Sequence record: SRR31156797_2770
Reading direction: 5' to 3' (one strand)
Length of the DNA stretch: 64,000 bases
Shown here: positions 58,208-64,000 of the stretch, in pieces
How the letters are laid out: the number at the start of each line of letters is the position of its first letter
Numbering within the stretch: position 1 is the first letter of the stretch
Notes under the pieces: model-generated
Seen by the model: only the letters and a program-made list of their open reading frames with translations
Database searches by the model: none
What the model was told of the DNA's origin: nothing
Position numbers and translations under genes: made by a program

Positions 58208-60370
58208 CTATTCATTAATGATTGTACTCTCCAACAGCCAGTCGACTGTGCCTGTATAGGTACCTGGTAAAATCAAATCTAACTTGGGGACAAAGCGAAA
58301 GTAGCAATCATATTCCTGAAGATCCAAGGTTAAGTCCGTTGCTCCTGTTGGCTCCTGCTGGAAAATCACTTGCTCTTCAGAAGTGACAGAAGCCACCAGC
58401 TGATTGGTCACCGGATCATAGAGTACCAACTGAATTTCCTCTGCCAATAGTTGCTGCTCTTGCATAAAATCCTTTATCTGTCCACTTAACTGCCAGGTTC
58501 CTTCGCTGGTATTGCTGATAGACAAAAGGGCTTCTTGATCAAAAGCAATCGCTATATAAGCAAAGCCATCGTCTCTGATGGATCGTACCAGTTCATTCAA
58601 GGTCACTGTCGCTGTGATTGAAGCAGGCGCACGCTGAAATTCTACAATCCCACGAAAGTCAATCCCATAATAACGTGTCGCCGATCGATTGCCTTCTGTA
58701 TCGATCACATAGGAAGCCAGATAATAGGTTGTGCCTGGTTCTAGTTCTTCGGTGTCTAACACCAATGTATCCGTTAGCGGCTCCGACAATGTTCCCCGTT
58801 CAACCAACGCTGCTTCAGAGAAATCGGTTTCGGTGATTGTCACATCCTCCGTAAAGAACTCCGTGACATATATTTTGGCTTGGGTCGAGTTTTGGTCATC
58901 AATCGTGATCGGTATATAGGAATTGCGCTTTTGCCGCACGATCTGCAGGTCTGCTTTTGATTCTGCCAATGACGCCGAACCTGTTGTAAGCGTTGGTGGA
59001 AAGATTCCAGTCATTTGATAATAATGAATTTCTGGATCACCTGACGTCATACTGGAAACAAAAGCATTTCCATTAAAAACAGTTTGGACAGGGATGGCTA
59101 TATCTAAATTCTGATTGAGCGGCGCTTCTGTGTAATTGACGGAAAAGTGAACGATGTATTCATTCCCTTTGACCATGTCAGGCAGTGTCGCAACCAATTG
59201 CCCATTTTCAATGACAAAAGGTAAGGCAGTTCCGCCTTCCGGCATGCCATTAACCATGATTTCACTGGCTTTTCCAAAATAAACCGCCTCGGGAACTAAT
59301 GATAGTCCTTCTGGAAAAAGCGATGAGAGCAAGATTCCCGATTCCAAGTCAGCTAGATCACTGGTGCTTTTATAGGAGAGATAGGTCGCATAAGTAATGG
59401 TTTTGCTATTGTCGACAGTGGCTGGCTGGGAAAGTGTCGTACCAGTATCCAACAATAGTTTGACTGGGTCTTTTTCAAAAACACCGGTTCGCATCTCAAG
59501 TTCTACTAATCCTTCAACATCGACAAACGCCACTGCTTTTTCTTGAACATAGCCCCCGTTTGCACCAGTAAAACCAAAATAGACCGGTGCACTATTAGTC
59601 AGGTTCAAATTTGATTTGAAGGTGTCATCAACAGGTACCGTCACATCAACACCGAAATCTGGTACGGTGTAACGCAACGTTTGCGTTGGCTGATCAAAAA
59701 CTACTGTAAAACTATGCCACACCCCATCGGAAATATCACTTACTGATACCGTATCACGATGATTTAAGACTTTATCGATAATCAGCCAGCCATCGGTGGT
59801 ATATGCGTCATTTGAGCCGGGAAAATTCCATGCGATATGATGGCCGGAAGGAACATCGCGATCCATCATACCGTCCCCAGTCAAACCGGCATTATTATAG
59901 AACGTATCGAATTCAATCGCAAAACTTTGCGGGATTGCCCCCGTATTTAAAGGAGTCGTTCCTCCTGTATTTGACCAGACGCCAATCGTCGGTCCTGCTT
60001 GTTCTGCCAGCGCATTTAAGCCATTGCTTTGCATCACAAAAGCGAGCCCATCGCTGTCCGTTGCTGTATTATCGATACAAAATGCCATTTCTAACCGAAA
60101 AGAGCGAGTAAAAGAAACCGGCTTATTGAACCAGATACCACCACTGGAGTTGGTAGTAGCTCCATCATTAATCTGAACATAATTAACGCCCGGTTCCCCT
60201 TGTGGCGACCCCGCTTGTCCCACAGGAGTGATCAGAGAATCGTCAATCGCTAACGTAGGAAAATCTGGCGCAGATACCGCAGCATGGACGATTTCTTGTT
60301 TCCCACATAGCAGCAAAATGCTAAAAAAGAACACATAGCCCCATCGGATAATGCCAAACTTTTTCATCAC
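58208..60370 (-). CDS. Large WxL surface protein with an L-type (ConA-like) lectin domain (CscC-like)
   Basis: Signal peptide; DGLAFV, FAIEFDT and YFGFTGANG lectin motifs; C-terminal W-x-L and YTGTVDWLL. Confidence 0.88.
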   Translation of the reverse strand: MMKKFGIIRWGYVFFFSILLLCGKQEIVHAAVSAPDFPTLAIDDSLITPVGQAGSPQGEPGVNYVQINDGATTNSSGGIWFNKPVSFTRSFRLEMAFCIDNTATDSDGLAFVMQSNGLNALAEQAGPTIGVWSNTGGTTPLNTGAIPQSFAIEFDTFYNNAGLTGDGMMDRDVPSGHHIAWNFPGSNDAYTTDGWLIIDKVLNHRDTVSVSDISDGVWHSFTVVFDQPTQTLRYTVPDFGVDVTVPVDDTFKSNLNLTNSAPVYFGFTGANGGYVQEKAVAFVDVEGLVELEMRTGVFEKDPVKLLLDTGTTLSQPATVDNSKTITYATYLSYKSTSDLADLESGILLSSLFPEGLSLVPEAVYFGKASEIMVNGMPEGGTALPFVIENGQLVATLPDMVKGNEYIVHFSVNYTEAPLNQNLDIAIPVQTVFNGNAFVSSMTSGDPEIHYYQMTGIFPPTLTTGSASLAESKADLQIVRQKRNSYIPITIDDQNSTQAKIYVTEFFTEDVTITETDFSEAALVERGTLSEPLTDTLVLDTEELEPGTTYYLASYVIDTEGNRSATRYYGIDFRGIVEFQRAPASITATVTLNELVRSIRDDGFAYIAIAFDQEALLSISNTSEGTWQLSGQIKDFMQEQQLLAEEIQLVLYDPVTNQLVASVTSEEQVIFQQEPTGATDLTLDLQEYDCYFRFVPKLDLILPGTYTGTVDWLLESTIINE

Positions 60371-60385
60371 TGTCCTCCGCTTTCT

Positions 60386-61435
60386 TCATTCTGATTCTTC
60401 TTGCACTGACAGCCTAACATCTGCTTCTGCTTTTTTACGTCTCCTATATAAAATGAACAAGAGAAGTAGGACAAACAGGAAGAGAAGTAGCCCTCCTGCA
60501 TAGAGCCAGTACTGTTTTTGAAGATACGCTGCACCTAACGTTGTCTGACGGTTGATAAGGTTGGCTTGCTTGCGATCAACCACCACCGAATCCTCAAACA
60601 CCCATGTTCCTTTAGGCGCATTCAACTCAATCCGTAATAGATAGGTTCCCGGTTCGAGAATGTTCTGATCAAAGGCACTAAACAGCTCCAAAACCGAATT
60701 CGGAGCTATTTGAAAATTCTCTGCAGAAAACCCACCGACCTTGTTGCCGCTGTCTTGCTCACGTATGATCGTTTTCACAGATATTTTGCCAAATGCTGTG
60801 GGCTGACTATTGCGGATACTGCTTTTGAGAGCAGCAGAACCATTTCTTTCCGCCGCCTCAGAATTAATCAACGACAATTGGGGATCAGGCATGGTTGCCA
60901 GATTCTGACGCAAGCGGATCCCTTGCTGAATTTTATAGTTGACTTGCAGATTTGTTTGCTGGCTTTCAGTTGTCTCTGACGGTTCTTCTTCAAAGGCAAA
61001 CACACCAAGTATTTCTCCTGCAAATTCTTTTCCTTTCATTGAAAGGGTAAAATGAACCTGATAGCTTTCTCCAGGGGCAAGTTGGATCGTCTGCCTTGGA
61101 TTTTCAATCAATTCACTAAAAGAGATTCCTTGGTTCTCTTCGGCGGTCTGTTCTGCTTGGTACGCGATGATCCCAGTAGAGGCCGTATAACTATTTAGTG
61201 CTGCTGCTTTAATGGTCAACGGCTCTGAACTTGTATTATGAAGGGCAACGGTCAAATTCTGTTCGGTCTCATGATTTACCAGTAAGTCGAAATAACTGAC
61301 GTCACTGACTTGATTTTGGGGAAGTTCTGGGGTTACAGTGAACCGTGTGGTCTGTGCATGACCGGTGACTTTCGTAAAGCAACACAAACTGATAAAGAAA
61401 CTAATGAGTACGAAGCACTTGATTTGTTTTTTCAT
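60386..61435 (-). CDS. DUF916/DUF3324 membrane-anchored WxL partner (CscA-like)
   Basis: Signal peptide; VTPELPQNQ..SYFDL and IAPNS motifs; C-terminal TM plus basic tail; start moved to MKKQIK. Confidence 0.88.
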   Translation of the reverse strand: MKKQIKCFVLISFFISLCCFTKVTGHAQTTRFTVTPELPQNQVSDVSYFDLLVNHETEQNLTVALHNTSSEPLTIKAAALNSYTASTGIIAYQAEQTAEENQGISFSELIENPRQTIQLAPGESYQVHFTLSMKGKEFAGEILGVFAFEEEPSETTESQQTNLQVNYKIQQGIRLRQNLATMPDPQLSLINSEAAERNGSAALKSSIRNSQPTAFGKISVKTIIREQDSGNKVGGFSAENFQIAPNSVLELFSAFDQNILEPGTYLLRIELNAPKGTWVFEDSVVVDRKQANLINRQTTLGAAYLQKQYWLYAGGLLLFLFVLLLLFILYRRRKKAEADVRLSVQEESE

Positions 61436-61451
61436 TGTCGCCCTTTCCTTG

Positions 61452-62033
61452 CTATTCTGCTTGATAGGTGTTTGATAATGTCCAAGTGATCGTTCCACTA
61501 TAAGTGCCGCTGTTCACATTTTGTTTTGGTACGGTTAATGAAGCATTGGAAAAGTTAAAGTCATTGGTTGCTAAGCCGGTCGTCCCATTAGCAGAAGCGA
61601 TCAATGTAGGTTCTGTTGCCCCTACCATCAATTCGGTGCCCGATACTAGCGTTGCATCGCCCGAAGCCGTTGAACCATTTAAAGTGACTTTGGCATTTGC
61701 TAGCTCGTTATCGCTGGCATTCGTCATTTTCGATAATTGCGCAGTCAACTGCCAGCCAGCTTGATTTGGTCCACGGTAATCCGTGATCGATGTCACTTCA
61801 TCCGACGTTGTTTGAATCACTTGTTCATCGGTAGCGATATCTTGGATACTGCTTGTACCGAAGTTAAAATTGTTCACCTGATCCAGTGACAAGATTCCTT
61901 GTTCGATCGTTAGTGTTGCTTGACTCGTCATTGAAGCCGTTGGATTCGCTTCTGCTGCAGCTGCCGCAGTGGGCGCCATTCCTAAACCCATTCCGACCAA
62001 ACCTAACATTCGTACCTTTTTGTTCATTTTCAT
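61452..62033 (-). CDS. Small WxL domain protein (CscB-like)
   Basis: Signal peptide; FNFG, DYRG..GWQL and YSGTITWTL motifs. Confidence 0.92.
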   Translation of the reverse strand: MKMNKKVRMLGLVGMGLGMAPTAAAAAEANPTASMTSQATLTIEQGILSLDQVNNFNFGTSSIQDIATDEQVIQTTSDEVTSITDYRGPNQAGWQLTAQLSKMTNASDNELANAKVTLNGSTASGDATLVSGTELMVGATEPTLIASANGTTGLATNDFNFSNASLTVPKQNVNSGTYSGTITWTLSNTYQAE

Positions 62034-62211
62034 CTCTTCCTTCACTTTTTTTAATGAGAAACCGAGGGTCATCGAAAAAACAGCCTTAAAAAATAATAAT
62101 TTAATTGGTGTTTTTTCATTCTATTCTCATCTATCATAAGTATAATCCATCATGGTTATCATACGGTTCACAGATTTAGCGTAAAAAAAACGCCAAAAAG
62201 GAGAATCCCTT

Positions 62212-63717
62212 ATGTATCGAGAATTCATTTCTCCCGCAGAAGAAAAGAAATTAGAGATTTTCAAAGTTGTCTGCAATTCCAACGGAGTGACATTGGTCCA
62301 ACTGTCAGAAGTTTTGAATATCCCGCAAAAAAGCCTGCAAAAATATATCTATTTTTTAAATGAAGATTTGCAGCTGCTCTCACCTCACATGCTTCTATCA
62401 AAAAATCATTACAATCAGTATTTTCTTGATCGAACAGAGGATGATGAACCTTTTTATGCACAATTGATGTATCATTACTTGCTCAACTCCACACAATACA
62501 ACCTGATTCATTACTTGATTGGGCGCCCGCAAATGACCTTGACTCAATTATGTTTGGATTTGCATGTCAGCCAATCGCATATGTATCGGTTGATCAAGAA
62601 AATCAACCAACTATTGGAAAAATTTCAAATCCGAATTCGAACAGACCTGAATAATCGCATCGTTCTTGCTGGAAAAGAGCTTGATATCCGTATTTTCACC
62701 TACAGTTTCTTGACCCAAAGTGCGCCTGCTGATTTGTGGCTTTTGCCGAGTGTTTCCCATAAAAATGTCGAAGAATTTACGGCATTCTTTGCTGTTTCTC
62801 ACTTTGATCCGTTGACGAAAAATAAACTCGCTGCATTTTGGCAAGCAGTGGTCAGCCGAACGATCCAGAAAAAATATTTACCGCCGATTCCTGAAAAATA
62901 CATGGGATTGATGAATTTCTATTGTTTTTTACCAGAAGAAATTCTCGAATCACTTTTTTTGAGTGCCGATTATGCCTCAGAAAAGATGCTTCAGTCAGAG
63001 TATCTTTACTTGAATTTCTTTTTGCATGTCTTTTTGCCAGGGGTTGTTCCCCAAGAAAAGAATCAAACGATCATCCAAGAGATCAAACATTCTGATACTG
63101 ATCTTGTGCGCTTTTTCACTGCAATGATCAAAGATTGGCACGATACCTTTGCTCCAAGTCAGGAAGCCGCCGAATTCGAAAAATTATTAAGCAGCTGTCT
63201 ACTGGTCTTCAATCTATCGATCATTATCGGCATCGATCTTCTGGAAGTGTGGCAGCTAGAACACCAACTGTTGACTGAAAATGCTCCTTCTAAAGACAGA
63301 ACCTATGAAGCAATCTGCACACTTTTACTGACCCATGTTGAAAAGTATCCATTTGCTGACTTGGATAAAGAGTATTTTGAACAGACACAGTTGCCTTATC
63401 TGGCTCATCTCTTGTATTTGGAAACACAGATGAATACGCCCCCGACCGTGTCGATCTATATTCAAACGACGATTCAATACCGCACAAAGCAAATGATTGA
63501 GACGAGGATTCGTTCGATTTATTCTAAAGCTTCTGTGACTTTCGTCAAACAAATGGAAGCCGCAGATTTATTGATCACGGATAATTATGAAGAAGTGATG
63601 TTTTCCGAAAAATTAGTCTTACTGTCTAACCTGCAAGCCGAGCAAGAGTGGGCAGCCGTTTTTGCAAAGATCAATCAACTGATGATGACCAAGATGTTTG
63701 CCGAACAAGGAAAATAA
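62212..63717 (+). CDS. Mga/AtxA-family HTH regulator, divergent from the WxL cluster
   Basis: Two HTHs (LHVSQSHMYRLIKKINQLL), GKELDIR and an EIIB-like tail ADLLITD. Confidence 0.85.
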   Translation: MYREFISPAEEKKLEIFKVVCNSNGVTLVQLSEVLNIPQKSLQKYIYFLNEDLQLLSPHMLLSKNHYNQYFLDRTEDDEPFYAQLMYHYLLNSTQYNLIHYLIGRPQMTLTQLCLDLHVSQSHMYRLIKKINQLLEKFQIRIRTDLNNRIVLAGKELDIRIFTYSFLTQSAPADLWLLPSVSHKNVEEFTAFFAVSHFDPLTKNKLAAFWQAVVSRTIQKKYLPPIPEKYMGLMNFYCFLPEEILESLFLSADYASEKMLQSEYLYLNFFLHVFLPGVVPQEKNQTIIQEIKHSDTDLVRFFTAMIKDWHDTFAPSQEAAEFEKLLSSCLLVFNLSIIIGIDLLEVWQLEHQLLTENAPSKDRTYEAICTLLLTHVEKYPFADLDKEYFEQTQLPYLAHLLYLETQMNTPPTVSIYIQTTIQYRTKQMIETRIRSIYSKASVTFVKQMEAADLLITDNYEEVMFSEKLVLLSNLQAEQEWAAVFAKINQLMMTKMFAEQGK

Positions 63718-63741
63718 GTTGCCGATTCCATTTTCATCCGC

Positions 63742-63777
63742 AAAAAAAGCCCGAGCCTCTTTGCTCGAGCTTTTTTT
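63742..63777. terminator. Bidirectional terminator
   Basis: AAAAAAGCCCGAGC/GCTCGAGCTTTTTT hairpin with one mismatch. Confidence 0.7.
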
Positions 63778-63800
63778 CTACTATTTTAGTCCTAGGAATT

Positions 63801-64000
63801 TTAAGCGAAGAAGCTACCGCCAGTTACACTGTAAACTTGACCAGTTACATAACTTGCTTCATCAGAGGCTAAGAAAACATAGACTGGTGCTAATTCGACT
63901 GGTTGTCCAGCACGTTTCATCAGTTCTTTTTGACCAAATTCTGGGATCGCAGATTGTGGCTGTCCACCCGAAATTTGAAGTGGTGTCCAGATTGGACCAG
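63801..64000 (-). CDS. SDR oxidoreductase (YdaD/YhdF/YghA type), 3' end only; runs off the window
   Basis: [55 protein letters not shown]. Confidence 0.9.
   Translation of the reverse strand, partial: GPIWTPLQISGGQPQSAIPEFGQKELMKRAGQPVELAPVYVFLASDEASYVTGQVYSVTGGSFFA

Overview
Chromosomal window from a low-GC Firmicute, most consistent with a yellow-pigmented Enterococcus (E. casseliflavus group). That assignment is inferred from gene content (crtNM, a MafR-like regulator, a WxL cluster, a complete trp operon), not from a marker gene. In order, the window holds: an O-methyltransferase; tRNA-Arg(TCT) followed by a probable integrase scar; PhzF; trpEGDCFBA under two tandem Trp T-boxes; a MafR-like activator with a P-type ATPase; an XRE-ABC module; an aldo/keto reductase-MerR unit; a bgl PTS operon with a RAT; an hrtBA-like ABC exporter translationally coupled to crtN-crtM and an FhtR-like TetR; a large PTS-IIC/DUF871/deacetylase/DgaE/DgaF/KdgK catabolic locus; a CDF transporter; a Fur-boxed ferredoxin reductase; ahyD-mprF; SPFH; ohr-ohrR; a WxL surface cluster with a divergent Mga-type regulator; and a partial SDR. 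I saw no CRISPR array, rRNA or intact mobile element. The four strongest leads are: (1) a probable heme-sensor-controlled operon joining heme efflux to C30 carotenoid synthesis; (2) a TTTCA-N8-TGAAA palindrome exactly 31 nt upstream of the -10 box in three promoters near the MafR-like gene; (3) a locus whose enzyme set fits catabolism of oxidised chitobiose; (4) a small membrane protein family that follows each of two orphan PTS IIC genes. All family calls come from reading motifs by eye and from recall; no database search was run.
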